This document shows, piece after piece, positions 9,063 to 18,887 of a stretch of DNA of 64,000 bases (position 1 is the first letter of the stretch; each line of letters starts with the position of its first letter). The position numbers and the translations under genes were made by a program. This DNA comes from Bacteroidota bacterium. GTDB taxonomy: Bacteria > Bacteroidota > Bacteroidia > AKYH767-A > 2013-40CM-41-45. The stretch is from the NCBI GenBank assembly GCA_046052345.1, contig JBJOMN010000010.1, positions 67,841 to 131,840 of the forward strand, in the 5' to 3' direction. The notes under the pieces are model-generated. The model was given only the letters and a program-made list of their open reading frames with translations. It did not search any database and had not been told where the DNA came from.

Positions 9063-10213
9063 GCGCGATGGACGGAGGTTCGGAAACGGAACCAACCGGC
9101 CACTCCCAGGATAATGAGCAGGGAGGAAATCAGTTGAGCCTGGGTGAAGCCGAACCCGTTGAAATGGTACTTTGAATTGACACGGATGAGTTCGATAAGG
9201 AAACGCTCGATGCCGTTGAAAAGCAGGTAGAGGGAGAACATCCTTCCGGGAGACAGGATGTGCCGCCGGAGCGACCATAACACAAAGAAGAGCAGGATGC
9301 AGGCCAAGGCCTCATAAAAAGGAGTGGGAAAAACGCCGACCGCTAATTCGTAACAGTATTTCCCTTCACATCCGGGGATAGGGATACCTTCTCCGACGAC
9401 GTTGTGCGGGTATTTGAAACTCCAGCACCAGTCCGGGAGAAACCCCATCCAATCGGGTTTGACCATCGTATTCTCGATTCCCCAGTCGCCGTCACCGGAG
9501 AGCTGACAACCCAGACGACCGGTACCATAGGCCAGCATCAGCCCCGGAGCAGCGGCGTCACACAGCTGAAGGAGGGGAATGGCGTGCTTTCTGGCATACC
9601 ATAAGACGGTGACGGAACCGACAATGAGTCCTCCGTACATCGTCAGACCTGAACCGCTGAAGAACATACCGATCGGATCCCTCACGAAGTCCTCCCAATA
9701 CTCCAGCATATGGAAAATCTTGGCGCCGATCAGTCCGCCAAGTGCCGCCATCATGGTGAAGTCTCCGACACGGTCGGACGGAAAAACCGTCACGGTTTCG
9801 TGGACGGGTTTTGGAAGGCGCTGTTTCTCGCCTTCACGAAACCGCCACCATCCCGAAAAGGCTCCGGCTATCAACCCGGAGGCCCAATGTCCCTGAAGTG
9901 AGAGCAAGGCTGACTGCGGATCGGCAAAGAAGGCATCGGACCTGAAAAAAGCATAGCCGATCTTAAAGCCGAGTATGAAACCGAAGAATGCGTTCCATGC
10001 GATCTCCGAACGGGAAGCGGGCAGTCCCTTCACTTGGTTCTCGGCGACTCCTTGCAACAATCCTGCTTTTTCCCTTCGTTGCAATTCAAGTCGAAGCGTC
10101 CATGCGGCAAAAAGGAAGGAAATGGCTACCAACGTGCCGAAGGTAGGAGGGAAGTGGGCCGAGAAACCCGTTCCTAGAAGGTCGTTCAACAAATCTGATA
10201 TTCCGGGATACAT
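9059..10213 (-). CDS. lgt: Prolipoprotein diacylglyceryl transferase
   Basis: A polytopic membrane protein with the Lgt signature region (GRLGCQLSGDG...). Its length is like the long Bacteroidetes Lgt forms. Confidence 0.8.
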   Translation of the reverse strand: MYPGISDLLNDLLGTGFSAHFPPTFGTLVAISFLFAAWTLRLELQRREKAGLLQGVAENQVKGLPASRSEIAWNAFFGFILGFKIGYAFFRSDAFFADPQSALLSLQGHWASGLIAGAFSGWWRFREGEKQRLPKPVHETVTVFPSDRVGDFTMMAALGGLIGAKIFHMLEYWEDFVRDPIGMFFSGSGLTMYGGLIVGSVTVLWYARKHAIPLLQLCDAAAPGLMLAYGTGRLGCQLSGDGDWGIENTMVKPDWMGFLPDWCWSFKYPHNVVGEGIPIPGCEGKYCYELAVGVFPTPFYEALACILLFFVLWSLRRHILSPGRMFSLYLLFNGIERFLIELIRVNSKYHFNGFGFTQAQLISSLLIILGVAGWFRFRTSVHRA

Positions 10214-10223
10214 GTTCGGGCTT

Positions 10224-11573
10224 TCAGTCGTTTCTTTCGTTAACAGTCAGTTCAACCGGTTCTCCGATGAAAATCCCATCTTCGGAAATTTCTCCGAGCC
10301 GGACTTCCACAAGACGGTTGACCATGGATGCATCCCCCGGCAGGACTACCCGGAGGTAATTGTCGGTATGGCCGCTCACCGCGCCGTTTTCCGTAACGGA
10401 TTCAACCAGCACAGTCCTGTAATCACCTGAGTGCGCTTCATAAAAGGCACGCTGTTTCTTGGCAGAAAGTATCCTCAAACGCTTGTTGCGCTGTTTGCGC
10501 ACCTGCATCGGAACGGCACCCGCCATGCCGGGAGCATCGGTTCCGGCTCGCTCTGAGTAGGTGAACACATGCAGATAGGAGACATCGATCTCCTGCAGGA
10601 ATCGATAGGTCTCCAGGAAGTCCTCCTCGGTTTCGGAAGGGAATCCGGTAATGACATCCGCGCCGATACACGCGTGGGGAAGAACGGACTTGATACGTGT
10701 TACCCTTTCAGTATAAAGACTGCGCGGATAGCGTCGACGCATCAGTCGCAGGATGCGGTCGGAACCGGATTGCAGCGGTATATGGAAATGCGGGACGAAA
10801 CGATTTGAACTGGCGACAAAATCGATGATTTCGTCTGAAAGGAGGTTGGGTTCTATGGAGGAGATGCGGAAACGGTCGATTCCCTCCACATGGTCGAGGG
10901 CCTTGACGAGGTCCGTAAAGGATTCCTTCCGTTTTCCGGAAGAAGAAGCTCCGGGATGCAGCCCGAAATCTCCGATGTTCACACCGGTCAGTACGATTTC
11001 CCTTACACCACGGGATGCGATCTCTTCCGCCTGCTTTACTACGCCCTCTACAGTATCGCTGCGGCTTGCCCCACGGGCGCCGGGAATGGTGCAATAGGAG
11101 CAGGTGTAATCACAACCGTCCTGGACTTTGAGGAAGGCACGCGTCCGGTCCCCGAGAGAGTAGGAGGACCGGTAGTCCGTGACCGCGGCGATCTCGCACG
11201 AATGGACCGATGCGGATTCCTTCTTGGAGAGATCGCCCAGGAAAGACAATAGATTGAATTTCTCGTTCGCGCCGAGCACTACATCGACTCCCTCGATGCC
11301 CGCAATCTGATCAGGTTGCAGCTGCGCGTAGCATCCTACGACAGCAATAAAGGCATCGGGGTTGATGGACAGCGCCTTTCGTACCAGCTGCCGGCACTCC
11401 TTGTCGGCATTTTCAGTGACGGAACAGGTATTAATGACATAGACGTCCGGCGTGGAATCGAAGTCCACCTTGCGGAACCCCCGTTCTTTGAATTGCCGGG
11501 AAATAGTGGAAGTCTCGGCAAAATTGAGTTTGCAACCCAGCGTGTGGAAAGCGACAGTTGGCAGGTTGGACAT
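10224..11573 (-). CDS. mtaB: tRNA (N6-threonylcarbamoyladenosine37-C2)-methylthiotransferase MtaB (MiaB-like radical SAM)
   Basis: MTTase N-domain with three Cys (C-x-L-N...INTCSV...VVGC). A radical-SAM CxxxCxxC (CDYTCSYCTIP). A C-terminal TRAM domain. The start is refined to MSNLPTVAFHTLGCKLN (cat at 11571-11573). Confidence 0.8.
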   Translation of the reverse strand: MSNLPTVAFHTLGCKLNFAETSTISRQFKERGFRKVDFDSTPDVYVINTCSVTENADKECRQLVRKALSINPDAFIAVVGCYAQLQPDQIAGIEGVDVVLGANEKFNLLSFLGDLSKKESASVHSCEIAAVTDYRSSYSLGDRTRAFLKVQDGCDYTCSYCTIPGARGASRSDTVEGVVKQAEEIASRGVREIVLTGVNIGDFGLHPGASSSGKRKESFTDLVKALDHVEGIDRFRISSIEPNLLSDEIIDFVASSNRFVPHFHIPLQSGSDRILRLMRRRYPRSLYTERVTRIKSVLPHACIGADVITGFPSETEEDFLETYRFLQEIDVSYLHVFTYSERAGTDAPGMAGAVPMQVRKQRNKRLRILSAKKQRAFYEAHSGDYRTVLVESVTENGAVSGHTDNYLRVVLPGDASMVNRLVEVRLGEISEDGIFIGEPVELTVNERND

Positions 11574-11683
11574 CGGCACGCGAAGATAGTGATTGTATGG
11601 CGGTCGGCCTCCCACGGTATTTAACATAATATTTCGCAAACAGGAAAGGTTGAAAAGAATCCACGGCAAGGAAGAGGTAAGAA

Positions 11684-13405
11684 ATGCATACCGATAACTT
11701 TGGCATCGTTATGCAATTCCGTTACTACCCGCAAACATGGTGCATCTTTTGGCTGATCTTCCTGATCAGCTGTCGGCAACAGCCTCCCGCGGATAGTCAT
11801 CGGGTTTTTCGTTACAACGATGCTTCCGGAGTTTTCACACTTGACCCGGCCTTTGCCAAGGATCAGTCCCACATCTGGGTTTGCCGGCAGCTGTATGACG
11901 GCCTCGTAGAACTAGATTCGGCACTTCGGGTGAAACCGTCTATCGCGTATTCATGGGCGCTTTTGGAAGATGGAAGAACGTATGAATTTAATTTGCGTAA
12001 AGATGTATATTTCATTGATATTGATAATTATAAGATAGATATACAAAGTGATTCTTCATCTACTCGGGTCTTAAGAAAGCTCGTAGCTGATGATGTGGTT
12101 TACTCGCTCAACCGGCTGACAGATCCGGCCGTGGCCTCACCGGGCGGATGGGTGATGAACATGGTGGAAAAGGACTCCTCGGGTCGACTGACAGGAATCA
12201 CTGCGTTGAACGATTCAGTAGTACGCATACGTCTGACCGGCAGCTTTCCGCCTTTCCTTTCCCTGCTGGCCATGCCGTATTGTTCGGTAGTGCCACGTGA
12301 AGTCGTGGAGCGCTATGGTAAGGACTTCAGGGAACACCCCTGCGGAACCGGCCCGTTCATGTTGGCATGTTGGAAGGAAGGAGTTAAGCTCGTCATGCAC
12401 CGTAATCCGCACTACTTCCAACGCGGTGCTGACGGCGCCCGGCTGCCCAGACTTGATGCTGTTGAGGTGGGATTCATCAGCGACAAGCAAAGCGCTTTCA
12501 TCGAATTCCTCAAAGGCAATCTCGATTTCATATCCGGTCTGGATGCATCCTATAAGGACGAGCTGCTGACACCCTCCGGTGACCTGCAGCCGCGTCATCG
12601 CGGTCGTTTCCGGCTCGAAGCACTTCCGTATCTGAATACGGAATACCTCGGCATACTGCTTGATACTTCCCTTGAGGCCGTCCGCAAGTCGCCGTTAAGC
12701 GACGTCCGTATACGCAAGGCCCTTAACCTTTCATTCGACCGTGCAGGAATGATCAGATACCTGCGAAACAGCCGGGCAACCCCGGGTATCTACGGTTTCG
12801 TGCCACCCGGGCTGCCTTCCTTCATTCCGGATTCATCGATTGGATATGCCTTCGATCCCGAAGCTGCGCGAAGATTGCTCCGCCAAGCCGGTCATCCCGA
12901 CGGCCTTGGTCTTGATGAAATAGTCTTGGGCACCACCTCGGCCTATCTGGACCTTTGTGAATACATCAAAAGCCAGTGGGAAGAGGTAGGATTCAAGGTA
13001 CGCATCGACGTGAACCAGGCCGCCGTACACCGTAAACTCGTGGCCGAACAGAAATTGAACTTCTTCCGCGGCTCATGGATTGCGGATTATCCGGATGCCG
13101 AGAATTATCTGTCTCTGTTCCTGACGGAAAACGCCGCTCCCTCCGGGCCCAATTATACCCGTTTTTCGGACCCGGCTTTTGACCGGTCATACCGCGATGC
13201 AGCGGCCACTACCGATGATTCGCTTCGGTTTGCCAAATACAGGGAAATGGACCGTATGGTCATGCAGGCATCTCCCGTGATCGTCCTCTATTACGACCAG
13301 GTGATACGTTTGACAGGAACGGATGTGCACGGACTTTCCCCCAACGCCATGAACCTGTTGGTACTGAAAGAGGTCTGGAAATCGGAAAGGACCAAGGTCA
13401 GATGA
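11684..13405 (+). CDS. ABC transporter substrate-binding protein, family 5 (peptide/nickel/oligosaccharide type)
   Basis: SBP_bac_5 features (YSWALLEDGRTYEFNLRK...DDVVYSLNRL...). The start is possibly MQFRYY at 11711. It contains an unusually AT-rich in-frame segment (see findings). Confidence 0.75.
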   Translation: MHTDNFGIVMQFRYYPQTWCIFWLIFLISCRQQPPADSHRVFRYNDASGVFTLDPAFAKDQSHIWVCRQLYDGLVELDSALRVKPSIAYSWALLEDGRTYEFNLRKDVYFIDIDNYKIDIQSDSSSTRVLRKLVADDVVYSLNRLTDPAVASPGGWVMNMVEKDSSGRLTGITALNDSVVRIRLTGSFPPFLSLLAMPYCSVVPREVVERYGKDFREHPCGTGPFMLACWKEGVKLVMHRNPHYFQRGADGARLPRLDAVEVGFISDKQSAFIEFLKGNLDFISGLDASYKDELLTPSGDLQPRHRGRFRLEALPYLNTEYLGILLDTSLEAVRKSPLSDVRIRKALNLSFDRAGMIRYLRNSRATPGIYGFVPPGLPSFIPDSSIGYAFDPEAARRLLRQAGHPDGLGLDEIVLGTTSAYLDLCEYIKSQWEEVGFKVRIDVNQAAVHRKLVAEQKLNFFRGSWIADYPDAENYLSLFLTENAAPSGPNYTRFSDPAFDRSYRDAAATTDDSLRFAKYREMDRMVMQASPVIVLYYDQVIRLTGTDVHGLSPNAMNLLVLKEVWKSERTKVR

Positions 13406-14669
13406 TCTGAAACCGGCTGCGGTTGATCACCGCTATCGGTTTACCTGAAAGTGATTTACCGATAAAAGGATTGTTTACCGACCTGGAACGAAGGTCTTCG
13501 GCAACTACATTCCATTGCTTTTCGGGATCGTAGACCGTAAGATTGGCGAGCGCCCCTTCTTCGATCACCGGGACCTCCAGTCCTAATAGCTTACGGGGGT
13601 TCACAGCAAGCACTTCCACGATTCGCTCATCACTGACGCTGCCCTTTAAAGCAGTGTTGAGTACGGCAAATCCTGTCTCCAGACCGCTCATTCCGAACTC
13701 CGCCAATTCGAACTCCTTCATCTTTCCCTCTGTATCGTGCGGCCGGTGGTCGGTAGTAACGGCGTCGAGGGTGCCGTCAATCAAACCCTCTATAAGCGCC
13801 TGTCGGTCAGCTTCACCCCGCAGCGGCGGCTTGACCTTGTAGAAGCTGTCAAATCCTTCCAATGCCTCGTCGTTCAGGAAAAGATGAGCCACGGAGACAT
13901 CGGCAGTGACGTCCAGTCCTTTCTTTTTCGCGTTGCGGATCAGGTCGACCCCCTCCGCCGTGCTCACGGTGGAGAAATGAAGTCTTCCTCCGGTGTATTC
14001 CAATACCTGCAGGTCACGGCCGATCATCAGGCTTTCCGCAAGGGCGGGAATACCCTTCATGCCCAGCCGTGTGCTGACGGGCCCCTCATTCATCTGGCCT
14101 TTCCCTGCAATGTCTTTGTCTTCAGCGAAGACCATTACACGTCCTCCGAAATCCTTGCAATAGCGCAGCGCACGCAAAAGCACACCGGCATTACGGATCG
14201 GATGCTGGTCGTCCGTGAACGCCTTCGCGCCTGACAACTGCATATCGTAGAGTTCAGCGAGGTCCTTGCCTTCACGCCCAACAGTGAGGCATCCGGCGGG
14301 AACCACTTCTACCAGTCCGTCTTCTGTGCGTCGGCGGATGAACTCCACGTCTGCTTTGGTCTGGATCGGCGGAGATGTGGAGGGCATGTACAACACGCCG
14401 GTAAAACCTCCTCCGGCTGCCGCTTCAGCGCCGGAACGCAGGTCTTCGCGCTGTTCGAAACCGGGTTCACCGAAGTTCACATGCAGATCGAACCATCCGG
14501 GTGAGACACAGGAACCCGCGCAATCTATCACCGTAGCCCCTTTCGGTATACTTTTCCCCGGAGCAGCGACCGATGCGATCTTTCCGTCAGCGATATGGAT
14601 GTCCTTGGTCTGGCCATGGTGGGCGGATCCGGGAGACAGGATTCGAACGGAGCGAAGATGCAGGTTCAT
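13398..14669 (-). CDS. Dihydroorotase-like cyclic amidohydrolase (possibly non-catalytic PyrC' type)
   Basis: Amidohydrolase fold with the DLHVNFGEPGF motif (canonical DxHVHLREPG), KAFTDD, VSVAHLFLND and TDHRPH. The second His of the H-x-H motif is Asn; I verified this from the DNA at 14475-14492. The start is refined to MNLHLRS at 14669, overlapping the upstream gene's stop. Confidence 0.65.
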   Translation of the reverse strand: MNLHLRSVRILSPGSAHHGQTKDIHIADGKIASVAAPGKSIPKGATVIDCAGSCVSPGWFDLHVNFGEPGFEQREDLRSGAEAAAGGGFTGVLYMPSTSPPIQTKADVEFIRRRTEDGLVEVVPAGCLTVGREGKDLAELYDMQLSGAKAFTDDQHPIRNAGVLLRALRYCKDFGGRVMVFAEDKDIAGKGQMNEGPVSTRLGMKGIPALAESLMIGRDLQVLEYTGGRLHFSTVSTAEGVDLIRNAKKKGLDVTADVSVAHLFLNDEALEGFDSFYKVKPPLRGEADRQALIEGLIDGTLDAVTTDHRPHDTEGKMKEFELAEFGMSGLETGFAVLNTALKGSVSDERIVEVLAVNPRKLLGLEVPVIEEGALANLTVYDPEKQWNVVAEDLRSRSVNNPFIGKSLSGKPIAVINRSRFQII

Positions 14670-16744
14670 GAGGAAACAGCGTTTTTCTTGAAGTAGCGTA
14701 TCAACAGGACTTCGATTGCGAGGAAGAGCAGCACGAGGATGATGCAGTATTTCCACAACGATACACCTTCGCGGAGGCGCGAAAGAGAGTGTGCGACAGA
14801 CGGATCTTCGGTATCCAGCAGGGCAGGAGGCGCCGCAGCTGTAGCAGTGAAGACCTTTTCGATATCCGAAGGGTCCATGGTACGCAGATCTGATTCCTTA
14901 CGGTCGTAATTGAAGGAAACGACATTGACCGTATTTGCTCCGGCGGTTACTTGGTAATTTCCAGCGGTCTTCACCTGGTCGCGCACCGACAACAGGCTTC
15001 CGCCGGCATTCCGTCTGGTATCTGTGATCGCATCAAAACCGGTCGATGGATTGGATAAGTGAAAGACCTGGTCGCCTGAAAGTGCTGTATCCCCGGGAGT
15101 GAACTCCGAATAGACCCCTGTCGTCTTGCCCGGACCAATTTCGGAAGCACCGAGCAGAACAGCTTTGAGGAATAACGGAACGAAAAGGGCATGCTGCTGA
15201 AGTCCGGTCCATACGGGATCCAGCGGTGAAGACAACAGGAAACATCCTCCCTTGCCGATAGGGGTGTAAGTGAGGAACGGTGAACCGTCTTCAAGCCGGA
15301 GCAATGGCTGAGTGCCGGACTTGGCGGTAAAGGTTTGCGTAAACGTCTTCAGCACCACCGGCAGGTCCATGTTATCAGGGACGGACTTGCCTTGCTCGAA
15401 AATACCGGTGAGCAGCGGATGCGATGTTTCCAGCTTTCCGATTTTCTGATTCGCTGCAACGGGACCGGACAGTTGCGGAAGTCCTGCGGTCGCAGCGAAA
15501 CCCCTGAAACCCTCGCCCGAGGAACCCTCCGAAGGGAGTACCATGACGTTGCCGCCGTTCTGCATGTAACGCAGTACCTCCTGTTGTAACCCGGAAGCAT
15601 ATAGTTCAAGTCGGTCAAGAACGACAAGCTGTGAAAGCGATAAGGCGTTGTAATCCACCTGCGATTCGCCGAATTCCCGGTAGGAGAAATAGGCGTCATT
15701 CCCATAAAGGGCCTGCAAATACGTATTCGGACTTCCGCCATGAATGCAGGTCACGCGAACATCCGGCCTGACATGGAAGGAGAAATAAAAGGTGTCGTCG
15801 AAGGTTACCGGATAATCGGTCAGGGAGACAATGGCTTGCTGAAAGCCGCTGGCGCTGACCGTAAAGGGAAGAAGGGTCTCCACCGATCCGCCGGCAGGCA
15901 GACTGACCGTGGCCAAAGCCTTCTGTCCGCCGTTCACCGACAATTTCACGGGAACGTCTTCGACATCCTCGTTGCCGCTGTTCTTTATCCGGACGGTCAG
16001 CTCTTGGGTGCTGCCTGGCTGTACAAACGGGTTCTTCAGATAACACGTATCGATGTAAATATTATTCTGCTCCTGGGCGGCGAAAGGCAGGACGTAAAAA
16101 GCGATGGTGCTGTCGGTGAGCGACAGGGGAGCGTCAAGCAGGGTGGACTGGAAATCGGAGAGGAGGAAAGAAGACCGCTGCTCTCCGTCACTGCCCGGCG
16201 AAGCACCGAATGCATCCTCCTGACGGCGGATGATTTCGTCCAGTGTACGGACCGCGGAAGTCGGACGTACTTCGTCCAGCAATTGAAGGAATTCTTCCCT
16301 GTTGACGAAGCGCTGGTGCCTGCCCTCGAAGTCGTTGGTGAGCAATTGGAAACGATCGGAAGGCTGGTAGGAGAGGGCTACCTCCCTGGCCCTTTCACGG
16401 GCCACATCCAACAGCGGACCGTACTTTCCGCTCGCATTCATACTGAAAGAATTGTCGATCCAGAAACTTACAGCGTTTCTGGACGCCCTGCTCGTTCCCT
16501 TCTCCGACGGGATATAGGGCTGCGCGAACGCGAACACCAGGAAGGCGAAAGCCGCCAGACGGCTGATAAGGACCAACAGATGTTTCAGCTGTGAGCGTTG
16601 CCGGGTGTCCTGTTTTATTTCCTGTAGGAAACGTACGTTGGTGAAGAGGACCCGCTTGAAACGGCGAAAATTGAAAAGATGGACGATGACGGGAATACTG
16701 AGGACGAAAAGCGCAAAAAGGAATTGCGGATACTGGAATTTCAT
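14666..16744 (-). CDS. BatA-N (aerotolerance regulator N-terminal) / vWA-like domain membrane protein
   Basis: N-terminal MKFQYPQFLFALFVLSIPVIVHLFNFRR is typical of BatA_N. A vWA-like DxSxS region (AVSFWIDNSFSMNASG). A C-terminal TM anchor. The start is refined to M13 (cat at 16742-16744). Confidence 0.55.
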   Translation of the reverse strand: MKFQYPQFLFALFVLSIPVIVHLFNFRRFKRVLFTNVRFLQEIKQDTRQRSQLKHLLVLISRLAAFAFLVFAFAQPYIPSEKGTSRASRNAVSFWIDNSFSMNASGKYGPLLDVARERAREVALSYQPSDRFQLLTNDFEGRHQRFVNREEFLQLLDEVRPTSAVRTLDEIIRRQEDAFGASPGSDGEQRSSFLLSDFQSTLLDAPLSLTDSTIAFYVLPFAAQEQNNIYIDTCYLKNPFVQPGSTQELTVRIKNSGNEDVEDVPVKLSVNGGQKALATVSLPAGGSVETLLPFTVSASGFQQAIVSLTDYPVTFDDTFYFSFHVRPDVRVTCIHGGSPNTYLQALYGNDAYFSYREFGESQVDYNALSLSQLVVLDRLELYASGLQQEVLRYMQNGGNVMVLPSEGSSGEGFRGFAATAGLPQLSGPVAANQKIGKLETSHPLLTGIFEQGKSVPDNMDLPVVLKTFTQTFTAKSGTQPLLRLEDGSPFLTYTPIGKGGCFLLSSPLDPVWTGLQQHALFVPLFLKAVLLGASEIGPGKTTGVYSEFTPGDTALSGDQVFHLSNPSTGFDAITDTRRNAGGSLLSVRDQVKTAGNYQVTAGANTVNVVSFNYDRKESDLRTMDPSDIEKVFTATAAAPPALLDTEDPSVAHSLSRLREGVSLWKYCIILVLLFLAIEVLLIRYFKKNAVSS

Positions 16745-16894
16745 CAGCGTCAAAGGTAATGAGGAAAGTCCACGGTTCAAAGTTCAATGTGTCGCACAGT
16801 TTGCACTACAATACGTCCCGAAAAGAGGATTTTCATGATACGCCTCTTCTGATATTGTCATCTGAAATGCCTACTTTCATGTCCTTGGTCGCAG

Positions 16895-18343
16895 ATGTCG
16901 ATCCTTCCCATGCGTTTCAGTGATCTTCAGCTCAAACGGTTCGGTGCGCGTACGCTTCTGCTGTACGTTGGCCTTTCATCGTTCTCCGTTTTTTTTGCCC
17001 GTGCGCAATCACCCTTAACACCTTATCGTGAAGAAGGCGACCATCCCTCTTCCGCTTTTTTTGCCCGTAACAGGCAGGCTTTGCTGGAGCAGATGCCGGA
17101 TTCTTCCGTTTGCGTCCTCTTTTCTGCACCGGTGAGGAATCGATCCAACGATGTCGACTATGTATACCATCAGGATCCCGATTTTCTTTACCTCACCGGC
17201 TTTGACGAAAAGGATGCACTTCTTTTTCTTTTCAAACCCTCTCTGACGGGTACAAATGGTGTCGTAACAAGTGAACGTCTGGTGATACATCCGCGGGATG
17301 CCGATGCAGAGCGATGGACAGGACGCATGGCTACACCGGAGGCTGCACGGGAGATATCCGGCGTCAGGGATGTGTCACTCTCCTCCGATACCGGGCTCTT
17401 TCAGGAAGTATTCAGCGGTCGTTACAGGATACTCACGAAGAAGCTTCCTCAGGGAGCTGTGAATGAACGCATGGACGAATTCGACCTGTTCGACCTTTTG
17501 AAGCAGTTCAAGGAACAAACGGCTGCTGCCGGGGTCAAGACAGATGACTTCCGGCTCGGCAAGATGCTGGCTCGACTACGGGAGATCAAGTCGGATGAGG
17601 AATTGGTACTGATGCAGAAGGCCATCGACATCAGCGTGGATGCGCACATGGAGATGATGGCGGCCGTGCGGCCGGGAATGTTTGAGTACGAGGTGGAGGC
17701 AAAGGGGGAATACGTTTTCCATCGTTCCGGTGCCGAAGATGTAGGCTATCCCAGCATTTGCGGCAGTGCCGGTAATTCCGTCATCCTTCACTATGACAGG
17801 AACAGGCGGAAACTGAACGACGGAGACCTTATACTGCTTGACATGGGTGCGGAGTACCACGGTTACACTGCTGACATCACGCGCACGCTTCCCGTTTCAG
17901 GCAAATTCTCGCCGGAACAGCTGCAACTTTACTCGTTGGTGCTGGAAGCGCAGGAAGCCGGTATCGCCGAGTGCAGAGCCGGCAAGGAATTCCGTGATCC
18001 GCACCGCGCAGCTCTGAAAACCATTGAAAAGGGGCTGATTAAATTAGGAATCATCGAGGAGGAGCAGCAGGCCCGGGAATATTTTCCCCACGGAACGTCC
18101 CATTACCTGGGATTGGACGTGCACGATGCAGGCTCGTTCGGGCCGCTGCAGGACCGGCAGGTCATCACCGTAGAGCCGGGTATCTACATTCCTTCAGGAA
18201 GCCCTTGCGACCCCAAGTGGTGGGGTATCGGAATCAGGATAGAGGATGATGTGCTGATCACCCCGAATGAACCGGTTGTCCTTTCCGGCCGCCTCCCGAA
18301 AGACCCTTTTTTGATCGAAAAATTGATAAAACAGGGTAAATAG
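16895..18343 (+). CDS. Xaa-Pro aminopeptidase (M24B, PepP-like), secreted
   Basis: Signal peptide. Creatinase-N-like region. An M24 catalytic core with metal ligands (DLILLDMGAEYHGYTADITRT...HGTSHYLGLDVHD...VEPGIY...IRIEDD). Confidence 0.8.
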   Translation: MSILPMRFSDLQLKRFGARTLLLYVGLSSFSVFFARAQSPLTPYREEGDHPSSAFFARNRQALLEQMPDSSVCVLFSAPVRNRSNDVDYVYHQDPDFLYLTGFDEKDALLFLFKPSLTGTNGVVTSERLVIHPRDADAERWTGRMATPEAAREISGVRDVSLSSDTGLFQEVFSGRYRILTKKLPQGAVNERMDEFDLFDLLKQFKEQTAAAGVKTDDFRLGKMLARLREIKSDEELVLMQKAIDISVDAHMEMMAAVRPGMFEYEVEAKGEYVFHRSGAEDVGYPSICGSAGNSVILHYDRNRRKLNDGDLILLDMGAEYHGYTADITRTLPVSGKFSPEQLQLYSLVLEAQEAGIAECRAGKEFRDPHRAALKTIEKGLIKLGIIEEEQQAREYFPHGTSHYLGLDVHDAGSFGPLQDRQVITVEPGIYIPSGSPCDPKWWGIGIRIEDDVLITPNEPVVLSGRLPKDPFLIEKLIKQGK

Positions 18344-18379
18344 CCTGATTTTTCAAAAATTGCCATACTAGCGCTGTTT

Positions 18380-18412
18380 TTTGGGTTTTTCGGGAATATT
18401 TAAGTACATTTG
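18380..18412 (+). promoter_or_regulatory. Putative Bacteroidetes sigmaA-type promoter (-33 TTTG, -7 TAnnTTTG) for rpmG
   Basis: TTTG at 18380-18383 and TACATTTG at 18405-18412, with a 21-nt spacer. It lies about 45 nt upstream of the rpmG ATG. Confidence 0.45.
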
Positions 18413-18457
18413 CAACCCCGAAACCCGATTGGCCGGTTTCGTAAATACCTTATCAAA

Positions 18458-18640
18458 ATGGCAAAGAAAGGCAATCGCATCCAGGTCATCCTCGAATGCA
18501 CCGAGCACAAGACCAGCGGTCAACCCGGCACCTCTCGTTACATCACGACGAAGAACAAGAAGAACACTCCGGACCGTCTGGAAATGAAGAAATACAACCC
18601 CATCCTCAAGAAGATGACGGTTCACAAGGAAATCAAGTAA
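18458..18640 (+). CDS. rpmG: 50S ribosomal protein L33
   Basis: [60 protein letters not shown] is a near-canonical L33 sequence. The start is at the MAKK ATG, not at the upstream in-frame ATG used by the track. Confidence 0.9.
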   Translation: MAKKGNRIQVILECTEHKTSGQPGTSRYITTKNKKNTPDRLEMKKYNPILKKMTVHKEIK

Positions 18641-18664
18641 TCCAACCACGTAAAGAGTTAGGCC

Positions 18665-18820
18665 ATGGCTAAGAAAGTAGTTGCTACCCTGAAGTCCGGA
18701 AAAGGAAAGGAATTCTCCAAAGTCATCAAGATGGTGAAGAATCCGGCCACCGGCGGATACCAGTTCAAAGAGGAAGTCGTACACAACGACCACGTCAAGG
18801 ACTTTTTGAAAGAGAAATGA
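18665..18820 (+). CDS. DUF4295-family small protein (conserved rpmG-downstream gene in Bacteroidetes)
   Basis: 51-aa ORF MAKKVVATLKSGKGKEFSKVIKMVKNPATGGYQFKEEVVHNDHVKDFLKEK. It is not in the supplied track because it is under 60 aa. Its position between rpmG and ftsY is typical. Confidence 0.6.
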   Translation: MAKKVVATLKSGKGKEFSKVIKMVKNPATGGYQFKEEVVHNDHVKDFLKEK

Positions 18821-18843
18821 TTCACCCGGTTCACGGGTTTGAA

Positions 18844-18876
18844 AAGCTTCTTTCTTCGGAAGGAAGCTTTTTTATT
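18844..18876 (+). terminator. Rho-independent terminator or attenuator downstream of the rpmG-DUF4295 unit
   Basis: Hairpin aagcttctttcttcggaaggaagctt followed by ttttttatt, ending 12 nt before the ftsY start. Confidence 0.5.
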
Positions 18877-18887
18877 ATAAGCTGAAA

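Noticed and set aside
18344-18457. Expected rpmB (L28) upstream of rpmG, as in many Bacteroidetes.
   Set aside because: Only 114 nt of non-coding sequence separate pepP and rpmG. That is too short for L28, and no ORF is present. rpmB must be elsewhere.
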